Assembly: GCA_018402585.1 (NCBI GenBank)
Contig: JAGYIO010000002.1
Location: 65,341-129,340, forward strand
Length of the DNA stretch: 64,000 nt
Direction: 5' to 3'
From: Chthoniobacterales bacterium
Lineage (GTDB): Bacteria; Verrucomicrobiota; Verrucomicrobiia; Chthoniobacterales; JACTMZ01
In this document: piece by piece, positions 19,323-27,390 of the stretch
How positions within the stretch are numbered: position 1 is the stretch's first letter
Layout of the letters: every line of letters starts with the position of its first letter
The notes under the pieces: model-generated
Told to the model about the DNA's origin: nothing
The model's input: only the letters and a program-made list of their open reading frames with translations
The model's database searches: none
Program-made: the position numbers and the translations under genes

Positions 19323-19526
19323 TCAACTGGACGACGGCAAGTAGCGATACTGCTGTTCGACGTAGGGGTGGTCCCAGCCCTCCGGAGCTTCTTGACCCGC
19401 GCCGCGCGCTTCAACCGGCATGATCATGACGAGAACGCGATGTTTGCCCTCCAGTCGGACCGGCTGGGCAAAATGCACCGACCCCTGTTCGTCAATCTCT
19501 GCCTCAAGGGTTTGAATCATAGCCAA
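19323..19526 (-). CDS. small hypothetical protein (antitoxin-like size, unassigned)
   Basis: 67-aa ORF ending 8 bp from the tRNA. The MIQTLEAEIDEQGSVHFAQPVRLEGKHRVLVMI pattern resembles small swapped-hairpin antitoxin-like proteins, but this is not verifiable here. Confidence 0.3.
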   Translation of the reverse strand: MAMIQTLEAEIDEQGSVHFAQPVRLEGKHRVLVMIMPVEARGAGQEAPEGWDHPYVEQQYRYLPSSS

Positions 19527-19614
19527 ACCATAGGGTGGCCGGACCTCGTGTCAAACGAGGTGTCATAAGATTTGCCTTGGGGCAGAACCCAGCGCATGAT
19601 CAGCGCTCCTTTGC

Positions 19615-19848
19615 ATGAAGAACAAAATTGTCGAGTTGCCGGATCGCCGCTACGGGGCGAATCATCACATTTGGAACAACAACGGAACCTGGTGGTGCCA
19701 CTTGAGTCTCGAGCGCCGCACCGGCCCGGCCAAACGGGTCAGGTTTTCGCTGCGCACCAACCATGTGCGCGAGGCGCGCAAGCGGCGGGATTTGATCATG
19801 AACGCCAACGAGGCGAAGGCGAAGGCCTTGGTTAAATCTTGGCAGTAG
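19615..19848 (+). pseudogene. possible N-terminal remnant of a tyrosine integrase
   Basis: 77-aa ORF. HHIWNNNGTWWCHLSL..RVRFSLRTNHVREARKRRDLI resembles integrase arm-binding N-termini. It lies 300 bp 3' of a tRNA gene and has no catalytic domain. Confidence 0.3.
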
Positions 19849-19869
19849 CGAGCGAACCAGCGGTTGCGG

Positions 19870-20673
19870 CTACTCGGTAACCAAGCGGTAAAATGCCGCG
19901 CTGGCCGGCCTATTCGTGTCACGGAAATGCCCGGTCGTGTTATTGGACGAGACTATGGACCAGCTCCCTTGGTCAAAATGCTCCCGGCGTTCGACCCGCA
20001 CAGGAGTGTTGCTCGAAAGTGGTCGCCAACGAACTTCCACCGCGTGGTCATTCCGGGAGAGGTTGGTGATGGCGAAGGGTTCAACCCGCACCGCATTAAG
20101 CAAGACGAGGGTTTGGACCGAAAGTTCCGGAGCGAGCAAAGGCAACTGACCGAAGGTCGGTCCCAATGGGACTGAGGCATCGTAGACCGGGATGGCGCCA
20201 AGAGCATCAACCACGCTCTGTCCCGCGCCCAAAACCCGCCCGAAGACCGCATAGTTAAAATCCAGACCGGGATTGTCAGTCAGGTTGAAAAACCACTGGC
20301 TTGTGGCGCTATCGAGAACAGCGGTCCGGGCCATAGCAATCGTGCCGCGCGTGTTGGGCCGACCGGCTTCGAGGGCAATAGGAGGATCCGCCGCGACCGG
20401 CACGAGTTGGTTGGCGACAAGATTGAATCCCCCGCCCTGAATGATTTGGATATCAAAGGGATTTCCCGTCGTGCTTCGGTGGATGATGCTGGCGTCGTAG
20501 GCGCCGCGCGTGGCATAGCCGCGAAAATTCTCGACCGACCGCGGAGCGGCTCCGGGGTCGAGTAAAACGTCAAGGTCACCGACCACGGATTGAAACCGGG
20601 CAATCAGAGGACTGGCGGAAGAGGGAAGAAGGGAGAGAAGAAGACAGACAGTGCTAAACAGTCGGGTTTTCAT
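19870..20673 (-). CDS. secreted cyclophilin-type peptidyl-prolyl cis-trans isomerase
   Basis: 267 aa with a signal peptide. VENFRGY, FHRS-like IIHRS, IQGGGF, RGTIAMAR and SQWFFNL are cyclophilin core motifs. There is an extra C-terminal domain. Confidence 0.88.
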   Translation of the reverse strand: MKTRLFSTVCLLLSLLPSSASPLIARFQSVVGDLDVLLDPGAAPRSVENFRGYATRGAYDASIIHRSTTGNPFDIQIIQGGGFNLVANQLVPVAADPPIALEAGRPNTRGTIAMARTAVLDSATSQWFFNLTDNPGLDFNYAVFGRVLGAGQSVVDALGAIPVYDASVPLGPTFGQLPLLAPELSVQTLVLLNAVRVEPFAITNLSRNDHAVEVRWRPLSSNTPVRVERREHFDQGSWSIVSSNNTTGHFRDTNRPASAAFYRLVTE

Positions 20674-20830
20674 CCGGCCGGCAACTTAAATTACTTCAGG
20701 GTGAGGTGCAAATTGAAGTGCGCAAAATTTCACTCTTTGCTCGTGTGGTGCGGAAGTTTTTTCCTTGCTGGGGCCAGGGGACAACTTGGTTCATGGAGTG
20801 TGAACAAAATACACCTGGGAAGAACAACTC

Positions 20831-20908
20831 GGTGTTCCACGTTGTTCCGTGAAAGTTGCCCGCGGCGCGCCGACCTTGTTTCACAACAAGCAAAGATCGT
20901 GGAACACG
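20831..20908. repeat. nested imperfect inverted repeat (about 78 nt) inside an AT-rich divergent gap
   Basis: GGTGTTCCACG pairs with CGTGGAACAC, TTGTT with AACAA, and GTGAAA with TTTCAC. The central palindrome is GGCGCGCC. Confidence 0.4.
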
Positions 20909-21093
20909 CATGAGAAAGGCGTGGAGCAGGGTAGGTGCGGGTTGTTCACAGCCTTATGATTGATAGTCTGGTTGGCTTTCAAGAATTCCCCAAACTCAGA
21001 GGTTGTGAATAAAGCGCCCGATTCCATAGGTCCTGATTTGAAACTTGAAATTAAAGATTTCCGCACGGAGAGACGTCGTTAGGATGATCGGTC

Positions 21094-22173
21094 GTGACTT
21101 CGTTGTTTCCTTTGTTCGAGCCATTGCGGGTCGGTGCGTTGGAAGTGCCCAACCGTTTGTTTATGGCTCCCCTTACCCGGTGTCGGGCCGAGGCGGACCA
21201 TGTGCCGGGAAAAATTATGGCGCAATACTATGCGCAGCGGGTCACGGCGGGATTGATCATTGCCGAAGCGACAATGGCCATGGAGGGGAATTCGGCTTTT
21301 AGCACGGAGCCGGGAATATATTCGACGGCTCAGGTCACGGGGTGGAAAGCAGTGACCGAAGCAGTGCACGGCGCGGGCGGACGGATCTTCCTGCAGATCT
21401 GGCACGGAGGAAGGGCTTGTCATCCGCTCTTCAACCACGGCGCGCAACCGGTCGCGCCGAGCGCGATCGCGATCACCAACGAGGAGGTGCACACCCCGGC
21501 GGGGAAGAAGCCTTATGTCATGCCGCGGGAGCTGCGTGATGATGAGCTGCCGGGCATCGTGGCCGGTTTCAGCAAGGCGGCGGAAAACGCCCAAGCGGCG
21601 GGGTTTGACGGCGTCGAGGTGCACGGGGCGAATGGGTATCTGCTCGATGAATTTTTGCGCGACGGGTCGAACCAGCGGACGGGTCCTTACGGCGGATCGC
21701 TCGAAAACCGGGCGCGTTTGCTCTTCGAGGTGATCGGGGCGGTCTCGGCGGTGTGGGGCGCGGATCGTGTTGGTCTGCGCGTTTCCCCGTTGAACAGTTT
21801 CAACAGCATGAGCGATCGCGATCCGATCGGATTGATCTCATGGTTGGGCGAGAAGCTGAACGCCTGCGGTTTGGCTTATTGGCATGTCATGCGGGCAGAT
21901 TTTCTCGGTGAGCAGAAGGGAGATGTGATGTCGGCCGCGCGGGCGGCTTATCGTGGGGTGCTGGTCGGGAATATGGGTTACACCCCGGAGGAAGCGGCGG
22001 AGGCCATTGCCGAGAAGAAGATTGATGCGGTGGCCTTGGGGAAACCGTTTTTGGCCAATCCGGATTTGCCGGCGCGGGTTACAGCAGGCGCGGCGCTTAA
22101 TCTACCGGACGAAACGACGTTCTACACGCCGGGCGCGAAGGGGTATACAGATTACCCTGCGATGAACGGATGA
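21094..22173 (+). CDS. NADH:flavin oxidoreductase, Old Yellow Enzyme family (N-ethylmaleimide reductase-like)
   Basis: 359 aa. LFEPLRVGALEVPNRLFMAPLTRCRA, IFLQIWHGGR and VEVHGANGYLLDEFL are OYE motifs. Confidence 0.9.
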   Translation: MTSLFPLFEPLRVGALEVPNRLFMAPLTRCRAEADHVPGKIMAQYYAQRVTAGLIIAEATMAMEGNSAFSTEPGIYSTAQVTGWKAVTEAVHGAGGRIFLQIWHGGRACHPLFNHGAQPVAPSAIAITNEEVHTPAGKKPYVMPRELRDDELPGIVAGFSKAAENAQAAGFDGVEVHGANGYLLDEFLRDGSNQRTGPYGGSLENRARLLFEVIGAVSAVWGADRVGLRVSPLNSFNSMSDRDPIGLISWLGEKLNACGLAYWHVMRADFLGEQKGDVMSAARAAYRGVLVGNMGYTPEEAAEAIAEKKIDAVALGKPFLANPDLPARVTAGAALNLPDETTFYTPGAKGYTDYPAMNG

Positions 22174-22373
22174 CTGGAGCCCGCTGCAGTGGCAGGCTCT
22201 GGCGGAGAAGCTGCCGAACCAGCTCCTAGCCCGCCGTTTGTCCCTTTTTCACTGCCGCTTGTCCCACCACTCTTCTCTTTTGAGGGTTGGGGCGGAAAGT
22301 TAGTGTGGTGGGAATAAGAATGGCAAAGCAAGGTTCCCGGCGGGCCGGAAAATTTTTCGGTTAGTTTTTTATC

Positions 22374-22946
22374 ATGATGAAAAATAAGCTCACCGTGCTG
22401 CTTTTCTGCTCTTGTTTGGTGCTGGGAGCCGGTCAGACCCTCGGCGAGGAAGGTGCGGCGGGAGGCCTTGACCACCTTGACTTGGACGCGGTGAAGACCA
22501 GCGCGGCAAGCGGCGAGCCGCTTTTAGAGTCTACTTTGAAATCTTTCTTCGTTGATACCTCGGCCGCCTTGAGTCGGTGGCGGAGCAACCACTTCACCCT
22601 TTATTTGTTCATTGCCAGTCTCCTCACCGGCTCGGGTCTGGGACTTGTGTCAGCCTTGTTGGCCCATTATGGGTGTGACCCACGGGCGACCTGGAAGAAT
22701 GTGCGGAAAAAATCGACTTGGCTGGCCGCAGCGGGCGGCTTAGGAGCGGCTGTTTTCTTGGTCGGAGTGATGCTACCCATTCCTCCCTCAGGTCGTGTCA
22801 CTTACCTCGTACTGTCCGCTGCGACGTGTGCTCTGAGTGCCGCGCTGGGATGTTGGTTTTGTTTTGTCGTGGTGCGCTCGATCCGGCAGGGACGCGCGGA
22901 AAGGTCCGGACTTCGTCTGAACCTTGAACGGATGAAGGGCTTTTAG
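22374..22946 (+). CDS. hypothetical membrane protein
   Basis: 190 aa with a signal peptide and three or four TM segments. I recognise no family. Confidence 0.45.
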   Translation: MMKNKLTVLLFCSCLVLGAGQTLGEEGAAGGLDHLDLDAVKTSAASGEPLLESTLKSFFVDTSAALSRWRSNHFTLYLFIASLLTGSGLGLVSALLAHYGCDPRATWKNVRKKSTWLAAAGGLGAAVFLVGVMLPIPPSGRVTYLVLSAATCALSAALGCWFCFVVVRSIRQGRAERSGLRLNLERMKGF

Positions 22947-23049
22947 CCGCGTTCCGGGGGAAAGCGGGCGGGAATGCTTCGGGCAGGCTGGGCGGTTCCC
23001 CTGCCCCGTCCCAGTGTAGGAAAGCCAGTCCTGGTTCCTCGAGGGATGG

Positions 23050-24426
23050 TCAAATGTGGATGGCGTGGCCGCGGGATTGTTCGGCCGCTTCGTGGATGGA
23101 TTCGCTCAGCGTGGGATGGGCGTGGATCGTGGAGATAAGTTCTGCGTCAGTGGCTTCCATCTCGATGGCCAGTCCGAGCTCGGCGATCATTTCGGTGGCG
23201 TGGGCACCCAGAATATGCGCGCCGAGGATTTCGCCGTGGGGTTCGCCGAAGAGGATTTTGACAAAGCCTTCGCTTTCGCCTACCGCGAGGGCTTTGCCGC
23301 TGGCCATAAAGGGAAATTTGCCGACTTGGAATTTGAGGCCTTTCTCTTTCGCGGCGCGTTCGGTCAGTCCGACACTGGCCACTTGCGGTTCGCAGTAGGT
23401 GCAACCGGGGAAGACGTCCACTTTGCGCGGGGATTTTCCGGCGAACATGCCTTCGACCGCCTGGATCGCTTCGAAGCTGGCTACGTGGGCCAGCCAGGGG
23501 GGCCCGATGATATCGCCGGCGGCGAAGACGCCTTTGACCGAGGTCTCGTAGCGGTCGTTGGTCTGGATCCAGCCTTTGGGCTCGAGTTTGACTTTGAGTC
23601 CTGCGGGAAGGAGCGAGGTCACGCCGATGGCGACCAGGGTGATGGGGGCTTCGAGGATTTCGTTCGTTTTGCCGCTGAGCGTGAGTTTGACCCCTTTGTG
23701 GGTGACTTCGGTTTTTTCGACTTTCGTTCCGGTGAGGAAGCGGATGCCTTGTTTGGTCAGGGATTTTTCCAGGGCGAGAGAAACATCGGTGTCTTCGACC
23801 GGCAGGATGTTGGGCAGCATTTCGATCACGGTGACTTTCGTGCCGAAGGCATTGAAGAAGTAGGCGAACTCGATGCCGATCGCCCCGGCGCCGATGATGA
23901 TGATTTCTTTCGGCTGTGCGGGCAGAACCATGGCTTGCCTGCTCCCGATCACGCTCTGGCCGTTGAAGGGGAAGCCGGGCATTTCACGGGAGACGACACC
24001 GGTGGTGACGAGAATTTTCGACCCGGGGTGCGTGGTCTTTTTACCTGCGGCATCGGTCACTTCGACCACGCCGGCTTTGGGGATGGCGGCGGTGCCGCGG
24101 AGGTAGTCGATCTTGTTCTTCTTGAGGAGCATTTCAATGCCGCCGGCCAGTTTATCGACCACACCGCGGCTCCGGCTGATCACTTCGGACCAGTCGAAGG
24201 AAAGTTTGTCGAAGGTCAGACCGAACTCGGCAGCATGTTTGGACATGGTCTGGTATAGTTCCGCGTTGCGGAGCAGGGCTTTGGTCGGGATGCAGCCCCA
24301 GTTGAGGCAGGTGCCGCCGACGCGTTCCATTTCGACGCAGGCCACCTTCTTCCCGAGTTGGGCGGCGCGGATTGCGCCGACGTATCCGGCGGGTCCGCCG
24401 CCTACCACGATGAGGTCATATGCCAT
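23050..24426 (-). CDS. lpdA: dihydrolipoyl dehydrogenase (E3)
   Basis: 458 aa. It has an FAD motif (VVGGGPAGY), the redox disulfide GGTCLNWGCIPTK and a C-terminal HAHPTLSE. Confidence 0.95.
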   Translation of the reverse strand: MAYDLIVVGGGPAGYVGAIRAAQLGKKVACVEMERVGGTCLNWGCIPTKALLRNAELYQTMSKHAAEFGLTFDKLSFDWSEVISRSRGVVDKLAGGIEMLLKKNKIDYLRGTAAIPKAGVVEVTDAAGKKTTHPGSKILVTTGVVSREMPGFPFNGQSVIGSRQAMVLPAQPKEIIIIGAGAIGIEFAYFFNAFGTKVTVIEMLPNILPVEDTDVSLALEKSLTKQGIRFLTGTKVEKTEVTHKGVKLTLSGKTNEILEAPITLVAIGVTSLLPAGLKVKLEPKGWIQTNDRYETSVKGVFAAGDIIGPPWLAHVASFEAIQAVEGMFAGKSPRKVDVFPGCTYCEPQVASVGLTERAAKEKGLKFQVGKFPFMASGKALAVGESEGFVKILFGEPHGEILGAHILGAHATEMIAELGLAIEMEATDAELISTIHAHPTLSESIHEAAEQSRGHAIHI

Positions 24427-24536
24427 AAGAACGAAGAGAATGCCTTTTTTCGGGAGGGGGACTCAAGAAGGAATGGTGGTGGAAAAGTTTGCCGTGTTCA
24501 GTTTGCAGGGTTCAGGAAAGCCGGTATGAATGAAGC

Positions 24537-25331
24537 ATGCCGGAACTTGCGGAGGTGGCTTGGCAGTCGAAAAAGTGGAACCGCGGCCTGGGGGACGTGG
24601 TCACGGAGGTGCTTTGCCGGGAGCGGGCCCGGGTTTATCGCACGGCGGTGCCGGCGGAAATCCGGCGCGGATTGGAAGGGAAGAAGCTGAGTGGAGTCGA
24701 GACAAAGGGGAAGCAGATGCTTTTTCTTTTCGAGGAAGCCAGTCTCGGGCTGCACCTCGGGATGACCGGCAAGTTGCTCGTGAAGGGACGGGCCCACGAA
24801 CCCGGGAGGCACGATCACTTGGTCATCCGTCTGACCAAGCGTTCGCTCGTTTTCCGCGATGTGCGCATGTTCGGGGCGCTGCGCTTTGATCCGGTGACCG
24901 CGCCAGATTGGTGGCAAGCTTTGCCTCCGGAGGTGGTTTCCCGCGCTTTCACCCGCAAGGCGGTGGCGGCCTATTTGCACCGGCGCAAGGGGAGTCCGCT
25001 TAAGGCGGTGTTGTTGCAGCAGGAGCGCTTTCCCGGGGTGGGAAACTGGATGGCGGATGAGATTCTTTGGCGCTGCGGGTTCCATCCTGCGCGGCGGGCC
25101 GGCACTTTGGATGAGGCAGAGACGGAAGTGTTTTGGCGCGAAACGAAACAACTTTGTCGGGATGCGCTGCGTCTGATCGGCACCAATCGTGGACGGCCGC
25201 CGGCCACTTGGCTCTTTCCGCACCGCTGGCGGCGCGGGGGGACGTGTCCGCGGGAGGGGGCCACGCTGGAGCGGGCGACGATCGGCGGGCGGACCACGGC
25301 TTGGTGTGCGGAGTGCCAGAAGATGCTTTGA
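24537..25331 (+). CDS. Fpg/Nei family DNA glycosylase / AP lyase
   Basis: 264 aa. It has the N-terminal MPELAEV (catalytic Pro2/Glu3), an H2TH region and a C-terminal zinc finger (CPREG..WCAECQ). Confidence 0.85.
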   Translation: MPELAEVAWQSKKWNRGLGDVVTEVLCRERARVYRTAVPAEIRRGLEGKKLSGVETKGKQMLFLFEEASLGLHLGMTGKLLVKGRAHEPGRHDHLVIRLTKRSLVFRDVRMFGALRFDPVTAPDWWQALPPEVVSRAFTRKAVAAYLHRRKGSPLKAVLLQQERFPGVGNWMADEILWRCGFHPARRAGTLDEAETEVFWRETKQLCRDALRLIGTNRGRPPATWLFPHRWRRGGTCPREGATLERATIGGRTTAWCAECQKML

Positions 25332-25380
25332 ACAGAAGGTAACGAAGGAAACGAAGGGGTGCGGAGGGAGCAACGAATTT

Positions 25381-25405
25381 CAGATTTGAAATTGGAGATT
25401 TCAGA
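25381..25405. repeat. AT-rich word repeat CAGATTTGAAATTGGAGATTTCAGA
   Basis: Near-identical to 28381..28405 (1 mismatch by eye). A diverged relative lies at 29771..29798. Confidence 0.6.
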
Positions 25406-26069
25406 GGATTTTCGCTCGCTCGTTTTCGGTGAGTTCGCGCCATTGGCTGGGGGCGAGGTCGGCGGGGAGTTGGAATTGGCCGATGGCGGTGCGGAGGAGG
25501 CGGAGGGTGGGGTGCCCGACGGCGGCGGTCATTTTGCGCACCTGGCGGTTGCGGCCTTCCTGCAGGATGAGTTCGAGCCAAGATGTGGGGATGTTTTCAC
25601 GGTGGCGGATGGGCGGGTTGCGAGGGGGGAGGAGGAAGGATGTGGAGCGGATGGTGACGGGCGGGCCGCCCGTGCCCCCTGGTTCTGGGTGGATGCGGGT
25701 GGCTTGGGCGGGGAGGGTTTGGTGGCCTTCGATGAGGACGCCGGTGCGGAGTTTTTCGAGGGCGGGCTCGGTGATTTTGCCTTCGACTTGGGCCCAGTAG
25801 GTGCGGGGGTGGGCGTTTTTTGGGTCGAGGAGATTGGTGTTGAGTCCGGGTTCGTCGGAGAGAAGGAGGAGGCCTTCGCTCTCGCGGTCGAGGCGGCCGA
25901 GGGGGTAGACGTTTTTCGGGAGGCCGAATTCGGACAGGGTGCGTTGTCCGGGGTGGTCGGGGGTGAACTGGGAGAGGACGCCGTAGGGTTTGTGCAGGGC
26001 TAGGAGCACAGTGGACAGTGTTCGGTGTTCAGTTTTCAGCCGGAAGGACGGAACTGAAGCGGAGGCCAA
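25401..26069 (-). CDS. rluE: RluE/RsuA-family rRNA pseudouridine synthase
   Basis: LLALHKPYGVLSQF, GRLDRESEGLLLLSDE and LQEGRNRQVRKM are family motifs. An alternative GTG start at 26009 is plausible because the first 20 codons are encoded by a GTTCAG word repeat (26016..26040). Confidence 0.82.
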   Translation of the reverse strand: MASASVPSFRLKTEHRTLSTVLLALHKPYGVLSQFTPDHPGQRTLSEFGLPKNVYPLGRLDRESEGLLLLSDEPGLNTNLLDPKNAHPRTYWAQVEGKITEPALEKLRTGVLIEGHQTLPAQATRIHPEPGGTGGPPVTIRSTSFLLPPRNPPIRHRENIPTSWLELILQEGRNRQVRKMTAAVGHPTLRLLRTAIGQFQLPADLAPSQWRELTENERAKIL

Positions 26070-26072
26070 AGG

Positions 26073-27317
26073 TCAGAGCAGGAGGAGCGCGGGTTTTTCG
26101 AGGAGGTGGCGGAGGGTGTTCAGGTATTCGGCGGCGACGGCACCGTCGATGACCCGGTGGTCGCCGCTGGCCGAGATGACGAGCCGGTGGCCGATGGCGA
26201 TTTGGTCGTTTTCGGTCACGACGGGTTGTTTGGTGATCGCGCCGATGCCGAGGATGAAGGCTTGGGGGGGATTGATGATGGGGAGGAAGCTCTCGATGCC
26301 AAAACCGCCGAGGCTGCTCAGCGTGAGGGTGCCGCCTTGATATTCTTCGGGTTTGAGTTTCTTGCCGCGGGCTTTGGCCGCCAATTCTTTCATGGCGGCG
26401 CTGATTTCGCGCAGCGTGAGGGTGTTGGCTTTTTTGATCACCGGCGTGATCAGTCCGTCCTCGACCGCCACGGCAACGGCAAGATTGACCTCCGCGTATT
26501 CGATGATGGCGTCACCGTCGTAGGCGGCGTTGATTTTCGGCACGGCGGCGGCGGCGCGGGCCGCGGCGAGGAGGATGAAGTCGTTGACGGTGAGTTTTTG
26601 CGCGCCGTCTTTCTCGGCCATGGCATTGATTTCTTTGCGCAGGGCCATGAGGGGTCCACCGTCCAGGGAGACGCTGAGGTAAAAATGCGGGATCTGGGTT
26701 TTGCTGGCGAGGAGGCGCTCGGCGATGGTTTTGCGCATGCCGGTCAGGGCGATGACCTTTTCTTCCCCGGCGATGCTGTGGGCGGCGCGGATGGCGGGTG
26801 CGGCGGAAGCTGGTGCTCCCATACCCCCGCCGGTCGGGGCGTTTTCGACGTCCTTTTTGACAATGCGTCCGGCGGGTCCGGTCCCGGTGATGCTGGCAAG
26901 ATTCACTCCGCGGGTCGCAGCGATTTTGCGGGCCAGCGGCGAGGCTTTGCTTCGTCCGGTCACGGCCGGCGCGGCGGCCCGGGGCGCGGGGGCGGCGGGA
27001 ATTTTCGCCGCGGGCGCGGGGGTTTGCGGTTTTTCCGCGGCCGGAGTTACTGGTGTGGCGGGTGCGTCCTCGGCCGTTTCGCCGTCGGCGAGGATGAGGG
27101 CGATTTTGTCCCCGACTTTGATCATGCCGCCTTCTTCGACGTAGATTTCGCTGAGTGTGCCCTCGTCGAAGGCTTCCATCTCCATGGTGGCTTTGTCCGT
27201 CTCGACTTCGGCCAGGATGTCGCCGACTTCGACCTGGTCACCTTTGGCTTTGACCCATTTGACGAGGGTGCCCTCGACCATGGTGTCGCTGAGTTTGGGC
27301 ATGGTGACCAGTGGCAT
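26073..27317 (-). CDS. pdhC: pyruvate dehydrogenase complex E2, dihydrolipoamide acetyltransferase
   Basis: 414 aa. It has a lipoyl domain (AEVETDKATMEMEA), an A/P linker, a subunit-binding domain and a catalytic DHRVIDGA motif. Confidence 0.93.
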   Translation of the reverse strand: MPLVTMPKLSDTMVEGTLVKWVKAKGDQVEVGDILAEVETDKATMEMEAFDEGTLSEIYVEEGGMIKVGDKIALILADGETAEDAPATPVTPAAEKPQTPAPAAKIPAAPAPRAAAPAVTGRSKASPLARKIAATRGVNLASITGTGPAGRIVKKDVENAPTGGGMGAPASAAPAIRAAHSIAGEEKVIALTGMRKTIAERLLASKTQIPHFYLSVSLDGGPLMALRKEINAMAEKDGAQKLTVNDFILLAAARAAAAVPKINAAYDGDAIIEYAEVNLAVAVAVEDGLITPVIKKANTLTLREISAAMKELAAKARGKKLKPEEYQGGTLTLSSLGGFGIESFLPIINPPQAFILGIGAITKQPVVTENDQIAIGHRLVISASGDHRVIDGAVAAEYLNTLRHLLEKPALLLL

Positions 27318-27325
27318 AGGTGGAA

Positions 27326-27354
27326 GTGACGTGTGACTTGTGACGAGTGACGAG
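27326..27354. repeat. 7-bp tandem repeat GTGACNN x4
   Basis: GTGAC occurs at 27326, 27333, 27340 and 27347, in the pdhB-pdhC intergenic spacer. Confidence 0.6.
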
Positions 27355-27363
27355 TTTAAGAAA

Positions 27364-27382
27364 CACAGGCGGGACGCCTGTG
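27364..27382. repeat. REP-like hairpin CACAGGCG-GGA-CGCCTGTG
   Basis: Perfect 8-bp stem with a GGA loop. It has the same architecture as the hairpins at 34823, 38349, 40284, 40341 and 49669. Confidence 0.6.
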
Positions 27383-27390
27383 ATCTCTGA

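Noticed and set aside
19242-21093. An intact integrative element or prophage at tRNA-Arg.
   Set aside because: Only a 77-aa integrase-like stump and small orphan ORFs are present. I spotted no phage or conjugation genes and no downstream direct repeat of the tRNA 3' end within the window.
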